DNA of 60,741 nucleotides, filler included, from Sphacelaria rigidula (GCA_964200075.2; 9 parts of 9 records of this genome joined end to end with filler, not necessarily neighbours in it); one strand, 5' to 3'; counted from the first letter of the whole stretch, positions 22,839 through 36,170 are shown. The notes: generated by a model not told the origin, from the sequence alone. A program made the numbers and translations.

Positions 22839-24849
22839 CGCGGTTCAGATATCTCGACGCCCACTCTAGGGTTTAGGACTGACGTCTAGGAGGCGCTTGT
22901 GAACCTTGCCCCCAGAACTCATTACATGTGGGCCACACGCACTTCATTTCTTGTATGTTTTCATCATGGGAGCTTCCGATCGCGGGTACACAAACATGAG
23001 GTGTACACCAACAAAACCAGGGAGCAGTACAAAGTCAGTGTCAGTATCCCATATGGGATGTACCCACTGCGCTAAGCGTAACACGAAGACAGCATTACCG
23101 GAGCTCCACCAATCGAATAGCCACAACTTGTTTCACCAGCAGGACCGTCTGCAGTTCACAGTTAAGGTCTCATATCGGGCTGAATCAGCGGGCGTAAAAA
23201 TCAACAACCTGCTGTGTGCCAGAGGAATGCGCCAAACGGTTGACCCTGCCCGCACTCAACAGGATACAACTCCTACCCAAGTACAAATTCAGATTGTGTC
23301 CCACACACTGAATGCCCTGCAGCAACTCAGCAAATCCAGCAGCAAGGACGCCGCGCGGTGTCTGTCGTGTTTGTGGGCGTTGATGTGCCAGCTCTGTGTA
23401 GTACGAGTAGCTCGCCCTCAAAAGCGGTGAATTTCGTTCCAGACTGTGGCAATGAGCACTAACCGAAACGGCTGCCGAAACGTGGTGTCAACATCATAAC
23501 TTTCTGACATCATAACAACATGCATTTCCAAGGAAGTTCTGTATATCGACCAAGTGGTGAACACTACTGAGTTGGGCCGAAAGTACATCTAGTTCATACA
23601 GTACGCGTGCGGATGGTCATGCCGACGCTAAAGTCGTGACTTCAGACCACGCCCCCAAGCCCCCCCCCCTTTCCAGTTACAATTCTGCTCGGCATGTCTG
23701 TTCGACAAAAACTCCAGGAACATGTGGCGCCGGATCTTCTGAGGAAACACAAGCAATGTTTCGCACACAGCCACATGATATCCGACCCTTCCACCGCACG
23801 GTTTCCGCGGGTCACACGTAGGCTTTGACAAACCAAATCCCTATTCCTCATCTCATCCCGAAAACCATCCCCCTGCCCCCGGGGCTCCAGCCTAGTCCCG
23901 CGAAAATCCGGCGTGCTCCGTCCCGGCTTCGTAGGGATGGGAGGCCAATAGTCATATGACTACGGCATGCAAGATCATAAACACCCCCCCCGAAACTATC
24001 TAGCGTGTACATGAATGCGTACTGTCCACTTTTACGTACGACATGCGTAGAGCTGCGACTACCGCAGTGGGCTATCGAGGTTTCCGATCACCATGGTAAT
24101 CGCAACATTGTAACTTTGCCACGGTAGGTACCATAGTCGCCCGGCCCTTTACCGTGCCGCACCACCGTTTCGGGGACCCATATGCCTTTTCCCGGGCGAA
24201 ACCGAGAAAAAACAACCACCAGACGCTACCGTGTCGCACTTCATCGGTACCGCACACCGTGTGCACCGCAGCGATACCACGAACCGAGAGTCGACCGGTG
24301 ACCCACTTAAGTTCGCCTTCGGAGAATACAGGACCAGACACCGAGCGGTGTTGTCCGCCATCGCTCCTATGTACTCCTCTAAAATGCACTGAGAACTGTC
24401 ACCAAGCACTCGCACACAAGCTGCGACTGCACTGCTTTAAGCAAGGGGGAACCAGACGAAGGTGGTGCAGGATGTACGTTACAAATCGGTGCTCAATCCC
24501 TGCTTCACCGCTGGGGTCGTGGATATGCCGTATTTAGAAAACAAGCGGTACGTTTTCGGCGACAACCACTAACTCCCGACAACACCCTTTCCGCGAAACC
24601 CGGCGTCCCGTGTCCCCTCACTCGTGCAATATGACGTTTTCAACGCGAGCAATCCGCCGCTGCTCATCCTTTTTTCGCGTTTCCGTCTAGAGTCTATCCA
24701 AGGGCTCTGGCATCAAAAGCATTACGCGCTAAGTAGGTCCCCTTGCACTACCTTTGAATTATCGGCAGCGGATCCGTTTGCGCTACTGGACACGGTACCC
24801 AGAAACTGCATTAACAACGTCTGGTGTAGTTCCATAAAGGCGTACTTTG

Positions 24850-25571
24850 CAAGGGCAGGTCGAGTACAGTATGTACCTTTTCAGTACTCGAGTAAAATTC
24901 CCTGAGTATTTACGCCACTCAAATTTTGAGTAAATTGAGTACGGCCTCAAATACTCTACTCAAGTTTTGAGTAGATCGAGTATGATCTCCCATACTCTAC
25001 TCAAATATTGAGTAAGCACTCTCAGTAACACTCGAGTATAGAGTATCGCTTGGTCATGAACACAATACTCTACTCAATTTTTGGGTAGATTGAGTACGGC
25101 CTCAAATACTGCACTCAAGTTCTGAGGAGGTCGAGTACGACCTCCAATACTCTACTCAAATATTGAGTAAGCACCCTCAGTAATACTTGAGTATAGAGAA
25201 TCACTTGGGTATGACCTCAATATTCCACTCGAATTTTGAGTAGGTCGAGTACGGCCTCAAATACTCTACTCAAATTTTGGGCCGATTAAGTATGGCCTCA
25301 GATACTATACTCAATTTTGAGTAGATCGGGTACGACCTGCAATACTCTGCTCAAATATTGAGAAAGCACTCTCAGTAGTACTCGAGTATAGAGTATCACT
25401 TGTGTATGACTTCAATACTCTGGTGGAGTACGACCTCAGATATCGGGTACTCTCCTCAAATTTCGGGTAGAATGAGTACGACCTCGAATACTCTACTCAA
25501 AATTCGAGTACAAAAAGTGTGACTCTTTGAAAATATTGAGTATTCAGTTTACTCTACTCGACCTGCCCTTG
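24850..25571. mobile_element. Non-autonomous hAT-like element filled with ~40-bp palindromic tandem repeats
   Basis: 17-bp TIR CAAGGGCAGGTCGAGTA/TACTCGACCTGCCCTTG; 8-bp flanks GTACTTTG/GTGCTTAG (6 of 8 match); internal units ATACTCTACTCAAATTTTGAGTAGATCGAGTACGACCTC. Confidence 0.8.
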
Positions 25572-26510
25572 GTGCTTAGCTGTGCTGTACCTGCACCCTG
25601 TGTGTACAAAAAAAACAGGACATATTCCACAACTGCAGCCCATACACACGACTCTCCTGCTCGCTCCACGCCGCGACAACGACCACGACAGCTGGCAGTG
25701 GCGGGACTGTTGGGCCAAAAGACTGAAACCAAGAGCTTTATTCATCGGTAGGGACCAGCTGGTGATTGAAGAGCTTAAAAGCTACCGTAGAGAATACTCG
25801 TACAGTAGGTGACCCAATGGAAGGCCGAGTTGATCCATGCCGAATGGGGCGGCCTTATGCTGAAAAGGGGACAATCGAGCTAAGCGTCGTTTTGTGTCCG
25901 ATCAACAAGCGGCAAGCGTTATCCCAGTTGACGGAGAATAGAAATACTGCATTGTATTGCGTCATTTATGGTGTGGTGCTGTCCCTGCGGCTGTCGTAGG
26001 ACTTCGTGCGCTCTTAGTTCTCCCTGGTAGGGGTGGAGACGCGGATAACAGAAACGAACTCGGGCTGTTCTCAGCTGCAGCACCCGCAATTTGCGAAGGA
26101 CACTAAATTGGAGCAACACATGACAGAGACGACAAAATCAAGAAAACACTCCCTGGACAGAAAATACGCTCACTCAGTCCTACATGGATGAGCACTCAGA
26201 CTACCCCACTGGCATAGGTCATCGCCAGAATTGTCTCTCCGACGTGCGTTCCTCCACGAACTTGCAGCAGCATGCGATAGACTGTTCAGCGGAGGGCGAT
26301 GGCACCCTGACTGTTGCTTGCCGTCATATCCAATGAAAATATACAGCACACGTGCTGACTCCGCACGCAATTGACTGCAGGATCAAAACCGGCCAGGTTT
26401 TCTCTGGAACTATCTTCTGTATTTTAGATGGCCAACATCCACATGTTCATGAAACAGGGCGTTTTGTTCACAGAGAAGGCAGCTGTTCTGGACCCAAAAA
26501 ATGGCATACA

Positions 26511-26941
26511 AGCTGGGCCAGCAGAAAATCCCGCATTTGCATTCCTCACCACAACTTCTCAAGTTTCCCAAGGCAGCCCGACTTGAGCACATCGCTGTTG
26601 ACTGAAGACCAACCTGGTAACGCATGGCACCGCTGCTGGTCGATTGGCGCAGTTTTGGCGATGATATTATTGTACTGCATTGAGTACCGGGTACGTCTCG
26701 TGTCATGACGTGACAGCATGTCTGGAGACGTTTCGTTCAACAAAATGCGGCGGAATTACGAGAGATATTTGCACCGCACAGGCACGCGAACACCCGATAT
26801 GTGCAGGCAAAACACAATGGTAGTGCTGCAAGATGGCATCAAGCTCGTCAATAGCTCCATCATGGGAGAGGAGCTCAGCGCCGACTATTATACATCACCG
26901 TAAAGGGGAGAAGTACTACTTGAAACTGCGCTATACCCCCC
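26511..26941. repeat. Right arm of ~420-bp inverted repeat, running into the contig end
   Basis: Reverse complement of 22419-22838 with scattered substitutions and small indels. Confidence 0.9.
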
Positions 26942-27788
26942 NNNNNNNNNNNNNNNNNNNNNNNNNNNNNNNNNNNNNNNNNNNNTTAATTAATTAANNN
27001 NNNNNNNNNNNNNNNNNNNNNNNNNNNNNNNNNNNNNNNNNGTACTCATTTGTTGCTTGCCTTAGTCGTTTGACCATTGACCACGCATCCCTTTCGAGAC
27101 GGAGCACCAGGGGGGTGTTGCGCGGCCGATGGTCAAGTCTTGTCTGGCACGCTTTTACTGCGGTGCAAGCAGATGGGTTTGCTCACGAAGAGACCATACC
27201 GTAGGGGAGACATCGAGAGCGTGTATGTATTTATTTATAGATTGCCCTGTGCCCCAGGGCGCTTCCGATTTCAATTTGTTCCGGTGTTCGTGATTTTGCG
27301 GTCTTGGATTGCGGCGGTGAAACCGGAGTGGTCTGGGCTGGGCCCTTGTTAGAAGTGGCTCTGAAATGAAGGTCTACCGCACGCATCCGGGGTATGGTGA
27401 TGTGTCGTTGCACGGAAGCGTGAAGTTGTATTAAAGCATAATCCGTTTTCGTGTTATCGCCGCCACCCTGCATTCGCAAAAGGCCCGCAGCAAGACGGCG
27501 CTCGGACGCGAGCCGTCTCCCGGCGAATTCCCGCTTGGTCGTCCCGCATTAGTACCAGTCACAACCATCCCTGTTTTCAAGTACACATACAGGACTCGCT
27601 TTCTGGTGTGCCAAAGACTATATGTTGCAAACTGCTGTTTCTCGGGCAGACATGAGACAGCGCCAAGCGTCAAGCAGCTGCACCCTGGACCGAGGGGCCC
27701 CATATTATCGGGATTTGACAGCACCAGCCCCTCCCAGGTGGCCCAAACCTTTTTCTGGGCCGTAGAAGGGGGGGGCGGGGGGGGGTGA

Positions 27789-27878
27789 GGGGCGTACTCA
27801 TTTGTTGCTTGCTTTAGTCATTTGAACATTGACCACGCATCCCTTTCGATGACCACGCATCCCTTTCGAGACGGAGCA
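27789..27878 (+). repeat. G-run-anchored repeat, subfamily B. Other copies: 27042-27108(+), 33967-34041(-)
   Basis: GTACTCATTTGTTGCTTGCCTTAGTCGTTTGACCATTGACCACGCATCCCTTTCGAGACGGAGCAC aligns with subfamily A; this copy has an internal ~20-bp tandem duplication. Confidence 0.85.
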
Positions 27879-28479
27879 AATCAGATGAATGATGGCGATA
27901 GTACTTGCTGTGTGTGCGCGCATCGATCTTGGAACACACATCTATGTACATAAAATATGCTGCTTGCTGCTGTGTTCGACACTGTGTACCAACCGCAGCG
28001 TGACGCGTTCGGCGGTACCACCTACTCATTGGACAGCGGCAGGGTGCATGGTGACAAAGCACACCGCAGGGCGTCACATCCCTAGCCTATCTCCGTCCTG
28101 CATTGATTTCGCGCCGCCCATGCAGCTCGCGCCACATCATGAACGCAGTCGCTTGTACCTGCGGCCAACGTGTACGCGGGATATCACCCCTCGCTACGCG
28201 CTATATCGCTACGACACATTTTGTTGAGATGACCGTGGTGCAGCTACAGCGTGCGTTTGCCCCAGCTGGCGCACGCACGAGTGAAAGGCCGCCTCCGCCG
28301 CTGTAATGGCTACCTGTATCTTGGGCGAAGCTGTATGGTAACACAGCCACTATGGCGCGAAAGCCGCGCGTAACATTGTACACCGTGGAGATTTTTATAC
28401 ACTGTTGGCTCGAAGTGTAGCGTTGCAGTTACCGACTTTAAGCACGAGGATTAAACAAATTACAGTCGGTGATATATTC

Positions 28480-29010
28480 TATACTGAAACAAAATCGGCC
28501 TTACTGTCGACAAGAGAAAGGGACTGCTGAGCCCCTCTCGCGATATAAAAGAAGGGCAAGCACCGCAGAAGGAAGGTGGAGAACTAAACCAAACAATGAA
28601 AAAGAATCTCCTGTGTTGGGGTTCCTCCTGTGTGACCCCGGCTGGTGCCCCGACATATACCAAGGTTTTCGTGAGATTGAGAGTTGAGTGCGGATCGAGA
28701 GTGGCTTTGATCGTTCGCTTTAACTTGGCCAATTTTTCATTCCGTGTGTGCTTTTCGTCGTCTCATCACTGCCATGTGCTTCCAGCTACACGTTGATATA
28801 CTACTCAGGGGTATCGAGGGCCTCAGTGGCAAGCTACTATAGAGATAATATTGGGTCTGGTGTAGGTGCATTTCAAAACTGAAACGGCATATTCACTGAT
28901 TGACCGCTTTTCAATTTCAATCGTACCTGCAACTCTCAATTTCACGAAAACGTTGTTATAAGGTGGAGACCGGCGTCCGGAAGGGATGGAACGACAACAC
29001 ACACAACACA
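28480..29010 (+). mobile_element. SINE family 1 copy interrupted by a MITE
   Basis: SINE sequence stops at CCGACATAT and resumes with AAGGTGGAGACCGGCGTCC after the insert. Confidence 0.75.
28659..28957. mobile_element. Second copy of the 300-bp MITE
   Basis: Colinear with 1514-1813; TIRs ACCAAGGTTTTCGTGAGAT...TTCACGAAAACGTTGTT; flanks ATAT/ATAA. Confidence 0.85.
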
Positions 29011-30984
29011 CTGTACGCGGTACACATTTACCACCGTGTTCGTACTGACTGCAGAAAACTTCGTCCAGGGTCTGGTACATTTCCGCTCATAGTACAGGGT
29101 TTGGTACATTTCCACATGTATGTAATGTTACTCAGTGAGATCGTGAACAAATCCGCAACATCTGGGCGAAGTGCAGATGAGGCAATCGCCAAAATATTCA
29201 CCTGCAAACTCTGCTCCAGTGCACCGTAAGTTGATATCACTAAAAGGACACTACCATAACCACCTTGCCGGCTGCCAGAGTGTCAGGACGGGGGATCCAC
29301 TAGCATTGCTACTGTTTGCACGGGGATGTTACCCCCCTGTCGGGTATGTTGTGAATGATCCGTGGCAGAACGCAGTAGTCGCGTCAAGCAGCTGCACACT
29401 GGGCGTTCTCACTCAAGACTTCGATTTGGAGGATGATACTAGGTAGGCAGCAGCAACTACTGTGTGTCCAGGTGCCCGTCGGAGCAAGATGCGTTTGGTT
29501 TCTGTTTGACAAAGTTTTCCCCCCAAACACGAAATTAATAGCGGTTTTGAGTGGGAAAATGTAGCAAAAACAAATTCGCATAAAAAAAGGTGAGTCGATT
29601 TTTTCACCCGGAGCAGAAACCAAATTTACTAAGTGGAACTGGAATATCCATGTATACCTTTCAAAAAACAATTCACGGGGCTCTTTTTCCCCAACAAAGG
29701 AATGCTCCTTGTGCGTGCTCCAACAAACCAGAGGGGAAAAATCAAATGCGGGTGGTGGGTGGGGCCCGTCATGGCTTTTTTTTCTCATGTGTTTTTTGGT
29801 TTTGCTCAAATGATGGAAAGTGAGTTGACTTTGGTCATATTCAATAGACCTTGTGGATATACAGTATGTGTATGGAAGCACACCCTTGCGACACAGCGGG
29901 CTTCGAGACCATTATACATGTATCTGTCGTGTGAATGGCCGAGAGGTAACGGGAATCGCACGGCGGGGAAAACATGTACAGAAAGCATGCAGACGGCTGT
30001 TTCGCCAACGAATGAAGCACTAGATTCTACAGGTGTGTATGTATATCTGCCAACATTAAGTCACGTCTGTTTCAAAAACTCTTCAGTCGCCACTAGCCGG
30101 TCGACAAGTTCGTGTCCAAGCATGGCTACAACGTCTTTACTTCGTCTTCTTTTCTGCAGGGGCCACATTCGCTAATCCAAAGAGAAAGAGATCCAAAGGA
30201 AAGGAGGCGGGCTGCCGCCACGGACTCACATCCTTCGATTCTCACAAAAATCAGCAAAACCCAGAACAGACTGTATCAATAACGACCACGACCTGAAGTA
30301 GAAAACCAATTTGATCGTGAACGTTTGCGGCCAAGAGCGCAAGAAAACCTGCGTAGTCGTTATGATCTCCCATCATCTTCGGAGCTTGGACAAAAACACA
30401 CACAAAAAAGAATGTCGAAGGTGCGTCCAGAAAAACTCACTTCATCTACCGTTCCGTCAGCCCACTCGTCTCCCTTGACATGGAAAAATACACGAAATTG
30501 GCCACGTATTCATTGAGAAGTAAGTACACTGAAGCTCAAGAGCTAGTTACGCAGGAGCGTCTTGAAAAGGATACCTCCTACCAAGGACGATGGTCGCATG
30601 ACTACGGCATGGAAGATCATCAGTACGCCCCCAATCAAGGACAGCAGAGCTGCGAAGCATGTTGATACATGAGTACTCGATGTAGGTGAAATAATGTTCC
30701 GGCACGCACTCCGCGAACGGGGGGGGGAGGGGGACAACCATGGTATTTATTATTAATAATATTGATATTATATTATATTATATCACTTTATTCTTTCATT
30801 TTGTCGCATTTTGAACCCCTCCCCTTCCTCGAGATGAGTCCGTGATCTCAAGGGATCAATCCATCTCTCCCCCAGTATAGTAGAGCCTCAAGTAAGGTGC
30901 ATTCAGTGAAAGGAAGCAATACGGTACGCAAACATGTAACGACGAGCAAGATCATATGTATAACCCCTCCCCTCCAGAAAACTA

Positions 30985-31137
30985 TCAAGAAGCGGAGTAG
31001 CCGCTGGTGTAGAGGCACTCCAAGAACCTCTCGCATGAGACCGTTTCCTCGTCCGTCCTCGCCATCTCCGTGACCATGAGCAGCTGCTTTATACCGATTG
31101 GGTTGGTGATGACGGCTGCGATGTTGTCCATGTCACT
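30985..31137 (-). CDS. NSF: Last coding exon of NSF/Sec18
   Basis: cag|SDMDNIAAVITNPIGIKQLLMVTEMARTDEETVSCERFLECLYTSGYSAS*; NSF C-terminal IGIKxLLMxxEM motif; phase 0 fits the previous exon. Confidence 0.88.
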   Translation of the reverse strand, partial: SDMDNIAAVITNPIGIKQLLMVTEMARTDEETVSCERFLECLYTSGYSAS

Positions 31138-31621
31138 CTGTCATCATACACATACATGAAAAACGCACACAGGCACACAAACACATGGAACACGCACAGG
31201 CGAGACAAGTCAGAACACAACGAACGGCACGATTTTGTTTCCTTTTGTTTGTCAAAAGATCAATAAATCTTCCTCTCCTTTCCGCTCACAAATGAGAGGT
31301 ACTGATACCGCAGTACCATGTAATCTAACTGTTGCTGTTGATAGTTGATTGGATGATTTGGATGATTGTTGCACTCTGACTTACCCCCCAAGGATCCAGC
31401 CGTGGTCACATGGTATTATTATAGACGTACCCGCGACAAACAAAACTGGAACACTCGTTGAAAAAAATGAGAAACAGAAAAGGTAGAAGAACAGAGAAGA
31501 CTACGAAAAAAAAAGGGAAAAAAAGTATGTCTTGATATGCCGTGCCGATGTATTGTTCAAACTGAACAACGTACGCATCATTCATTCTGTTGGATATAGG
31601 TATAGATGGATACACATGTCA

Positions 31622-31880
31622 CGCCCCGGTGGTGTATTTGTACAATTGATACCATTAGGGTGGGGAAAGAACGCGGACTTCTTCATTCAACCATCTCATT
31701 TTCGACGTCGAAAGCTTCATGTAAGTAGTATGAAAAAGAGTTTGTTCGACGGAGTTTGTTTGGCGAGGGTCGACACGATAGTCATGACCCAATTCGCGAG
31801 AACAAAATGCAAGGCGTGTACCGTGGAGAGATGGGTTGATCCCTTGACACCACGGACTCGTCCCGAGGAAGAGGAGGGGT
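31622..31880 (+). mobile_element. tRNA-derived SINE family 2, in the NSF intron; partial copy at 30820-30875(-)
   Basis: Shared core ACCCAAT(T/C)CGCGAGA.CAAAATGCAAGGCG...GATGGGTTGATCCCTTGA.ACCACGGACTCG. Confidence 0.75.
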
Positions 31881-32506
31881 TCAAAGTGCGACAAATATAA
31901 ATAATAAAGTGAAAACTCTTAGTGTCTTCCTTTGAAGAAAGTATTTTCTGTCATTAACTCATGTAGCACCGGAGTTTCACGAATGACCAGAACGAGAAGT
32001 ATCCGCGAGAAGCGGGTTATTCGACAGAAAATGGCAAATGGCAAATATTCACACAATCAAAGAGACACATCTGTTGACACTCGAAAGCGGGTCACCCTCC
32101 TCACGTGTGTGTGAGGGGGCTTCAACGAGACATTTTGGTCCCGATACCAGAGGGAAGGTGGCCCTACTATACTCCCCACACCTGTGAACATCAAGCATCA
32201 GTGTGTAGTAAGACTCATTGTGAACCAACATTTTATGGAACATGACGCTTACTATAGAACAACGGCACCCTTGTGAAGAGAGAGACTGCACATTCACATT
32301 GGCGACCGTCGGATGCAGCTGATAGCCACCCCCGATTCACCATTTTACACACCTATTGTCAAGACTACTACTGTAGGAGGTAGCAGCAGCTCCTCTTAAG
32401 CGGTGCTGAAGGGGACACTGTCTCTTCGATATAAAACCTTACCACGCATGTGCGTGTCATGTACCAAACGACATCGACATTTTTAGGATCGTCACAATTG
32501 GTCATT

Positions 32507-32562
32507 ATACATACATACATACATACATACATACATACATACATACATACATACATACATAC
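32507..32562. repeat. (ATAC)n microsatellite
   Basis: Direct reading. Confidence 0.95.
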
Positions 32563-32722
32563 ACTGCTTACAACCTTCCAACAAGCACCGCACGATTCGC
32601 AGCTAGCTGCTCGTTGCTTGCAATCCCATTTGCTTGTGCCGCCGTAAACTGTCGAAATACATCATGAAAAAAAGAAGAACAGCCTTGGAAGAAACAACCT
32701 ATTGTTGCGTTCTTCTGTTCAC

Positions 32723-32890
32723 CTGCGACATGGGCACCAGCTCCTGCAACACCCTCTTCACTCCTTCCCCGCCCTTGAGCATGGGCACATGCAACGACAC
32801 CATGAAGGCCTGCACCAGCATAAGGTCTTCCAACAGGTAAGGTATTGCCGTCGTCGCCATCACCAACAGACGGTTGCCCATGGGTGGAGG
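32723..32890 (-). CDS. NSF: Penultimate coding exon of vesicle-fusing ATPase NSF/Sec18 (D2 domain)
   Basis: PPPMGNRLLVMATTAIPYLLEDLMLVQAFMVSLHVPML matches the NSF pattern PPxGxKLLIxGTTS...AF...IHVP; 168 bp, AG/GT bounded. Confidence 0.88.
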
Positions 32891-34124
32891 CTTCATGATT
32901 TCAAGTGGAGGACGGGGGGCAGGGAACAGGGGACAGGGGATGGAGGCGGGGTGGAGTGGGTGGAGTGGGGTGCGGGGTGCGGGGGCGCGGGGGGGCTGTT
33001 ATTCGAACACTGTTTCGTCACACCATTTTCGTAATTGACCCTTATCCTGTAAAGGAGGGGGGTGTACTCATGACCGTGCATGCCGTAGTCATATGACCGT
33101 TGACCTCGCATGCTTACAAAGCCGGGACAGAGCACGCCGAGAGAGAGACATTTTCATCGCACGGAGCACATAATATGGTGTCAATGCGAATGCGAATCAC
33201 CTCCCTCCGGACGCGCTTGATGTCTCTCCATTCGAGAGACTGAAGGCGAATTTCACAGGACCGCCATGCCCACCGAAGTGCTCTGCAACTTGGGCAAAGG
33301 TTTGATTTTGATCAAGGATGGGAATGTTCGCAGTTATTTATCCTGCTGATTGGTTGAGGGCTGACGTTCTATGCTTAACGTCCTTTCGAACCATGCTCAA
33401 ACAAATTAAACGTTTTCACGTACGGTTCCCTAACGTTTCTCTCCAACTTTTCTTATATGTTGTATTATGAGTGATGCCGCGATACCCCCCCCCCGGATCA
33501 GCCTCAAAACTGTCACGAATAAAATGGCCATACAGCGCATAATGGATGGTTGCAGACTTTATGAAGCCCGTCATATGATCGACATTTGCGAAGGCGGTCC
33601 CAAGCATGAGAGTCCCCAGCTGTTCGGTTTGCTCGACTTTTGTCATTTTGATTCACATCAAGATTCGACTTCCTCAAACCAGCCATTTTCTGGGAGGGGG
33701 GNNNNNNNNNNNNNNNNNNNNNNNNNNNNNNNNNNNNNNNNNNNNTTAATTAATTAANNNNNNNNNNNNNNNNNNNNNNNNNNNNNNNNNNNNNNNNNNN
33801 NCCCGGCTTTGTAGGGATGCGAGGTCAAATGGTCTTCTGACTATGGCATGCATGACCATGAGTACACCCCACCCCCCAAACACCCTCTCCCCATCTTTTT
33901 TGCAGTGTATGGAAGAAATGTTATGAGCACCGAAATGTTGGAGGTGTCTCTGTTACGAATAGGTGCGGTGCTCCGTCTCGAAAGGGATGCGTGATGAATG
34001 GTCTAACGACCAAGGCCAACAACGAATGTGTACCCCTCCCCCTCCTCCCCTCCTCGAGACGAATCTGGAGTCTTAATGGATCATTCCATTTCTCGTCCCA
34101 GCATTTCACGTGTACACATCTCAC

Positions 34125-34344
34125 CGGTGCGGCAGCAGCTGCAGGCACGGCGGGCTTTCCCGTGACCCTCGCGTTGATAGCCGCCAGCTTGGAAAAGAGG
34201 TCTACTGCTCCGTTCGAAGCCGACTTTTTCGCTTTCGTCTTGTCGGCGGCGTCACTGCTCTCCTTGTCCTTGCCACCATCCTTGTCTCGCTCTTTGGCGC
34301 TCCTATCTCTATCTCTATCTCTATCGCGATCTCGGTCTCCGTCG
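34125..34344 (-). CDS. Next exon of the RS/RD-rich protein
   Basis: gcag|(S)DGDRDRDRD...AVDLFSKLAAINARVTGKPAVPAAAAAP|gtgaga; phase matches the upstream exon. Confidence 0.75.
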
Positions 34345-35657
34345 CTGCTCGTGGTTTTTGCCAAGGATAGGTTGCGCGGAGGTCGGGTGGCGTGGGTGAA
34401 ACTGAATCGATTGGTCCCATCTTAATTTTTTTCAAGTTGTACAGGTCGGAAAACTCAGCTCACCTCGATTAAACTCAATCTTGTGTAACTCAGCGGTGCT
34501 TTTTCTCCACTGCCTGAGTTACATCACATGACTTGAAGTTGACCGATATGTGAATACTTTCAGCAACACAATGATCATACGCGTGATCAATGAAATCCTC
34601 GGGCATGGCCCACTGTGACTCATTTGATCCCTCTTCTCAATGACCCTGGTTCGTTTTGACAACTCTCGTGACTCACCCACTTTTATCGTGCGAGGCACAG
34701 GGGGGCACGGGTGCTCAAGATATATCGGCCTATATTGATGAGTACAAAGTACATTATCGATATTAGCGGACAGGTCACGCCACCACCGTATGCATATTCG
34801 AATTGGGAGCACACGGTCCATATACTCAGGGGTGAAAATATTTCATGCCACTGCCCTGGCCGTGACTGCCTGCTCATATCAATACAATAGGCCTCTTCAT
34901 CAACGTGCTTAGTTAGGATTCATGTATAAACTCGGCGACGGGGTGACTGACGCGTCACAATGCGGAGATCATCCTGCATCTCAAAGGACGGGTGATAATC
35001 ATCACCCGCAGTAGGGGGAAAGATCGCGTAGGAGTGGCTTCAATGAACGAACGGAATTGCGCAGCCATGTCTAGGGTTATGTCATCTCATAGAACAAGAA
35101 TCACCACCCCACCAACGATCCCAAAATGAGCACACACCGAGGAGAGTGGTGGTGCGTCGTATACTCCGTAGTCTACTGTACAGCACTCTGCCTGTGCAGT
35201 ACAGCACTTTCTCAGTCTCGCCAAAATCTTCACGTCGGCGTCTGACGCGACGGGCTCTTTTGGACGCTTGAATGCTCATACAAGAACCATCACATGAAAC
35301 AGATGCCACCACTCACGCAAGACAATAAATACTACGACCACCCCCACCCACAACACTGAGCGATCAAACACGGGACAAGGCGCTCAACCACTTTCCATAC
35401 TTCTGGAATTGCAGTCCTAAGCCGGTGCTGGTGCACCTCGAGCATTTTTTTTTCATTTCTTTATTTTGGGGGGGTTTCTCCCCATCAACACCATGGTGCG
35501 GATCGGGGCATCCTGGCGCGCTCCACTGGCCGGTGCAGTCCATTTGCGTTACGCATGTCCGTCTTGTAACTACGGCTAGAATCGTAGCAAGCTAGTTGAT
35601 GTGTGACATTAATCAACGAATTTGCGATGCTTGCTGCGCATCTGCTACACTATACTC

Positions 35658-35833
35658 GAGAGTTCGTGTTCCGCCACGCGCAAACATTCTTGGCAACGAA
35701 AAGCGCAATACATGACGGCGATTGCGAGACATGAGTCATTCTCTTGAGAGTTCGTGTTCCGCCACGCGCAAACATTCTTGGCAACGAAAAGCGCAATACA
35801 TGACGGCGATTGCGAGACATGAGTCATTCTCTT
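35658..35833. repeat. Perfect 88-bp tandem duplication
   Basis: GAGAGTTCGTGTTCCGCC...GAGTCATTCTCTT occurs twice. Confidence 0.95.
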
Positions 35834-35889
35834 GTATATATTTTTTATTTTTCATCTGTCATATATTTGTCGCACTTTTAACCCCCCCC

Positions 35890-36170
35890 CTTCCTCTGGA
35901 CGAGTCCGTGGTCTCAAGGGATGAACCCATCCATCTCTTCCCAGTAAACGCCTTGCGTTTTGGTCTCGCGGATTGGGTCAGCTCTCCCGCACCGCGTCAA
36001 ATCACATCAAACGAACTCGGTCACGTTTTTCCTTTACTCGCGTTCTCACGCTTTCCACGGTGAAAATTAGATACTACGAAGAAAAAACCCAACGCATCGG
36101 GGATCGAACCCTCGTTCTCTCCACCCTGATGGCGACAGTCGGGCCGTTCAAGCACCGGGCCGCGGCGACC
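35890..36170 (-). mobile_element. tRNA-derived SINE family 2
   Basis: B-box GGTTCGATCCC on the minus strand plus the family core. Confidence 0.8.

Noticed and set aside
24880..25560. CRISPR-like array
   Set aside because: No unique spacers, no cas genes, bounded by TIRs, eukaryotic context
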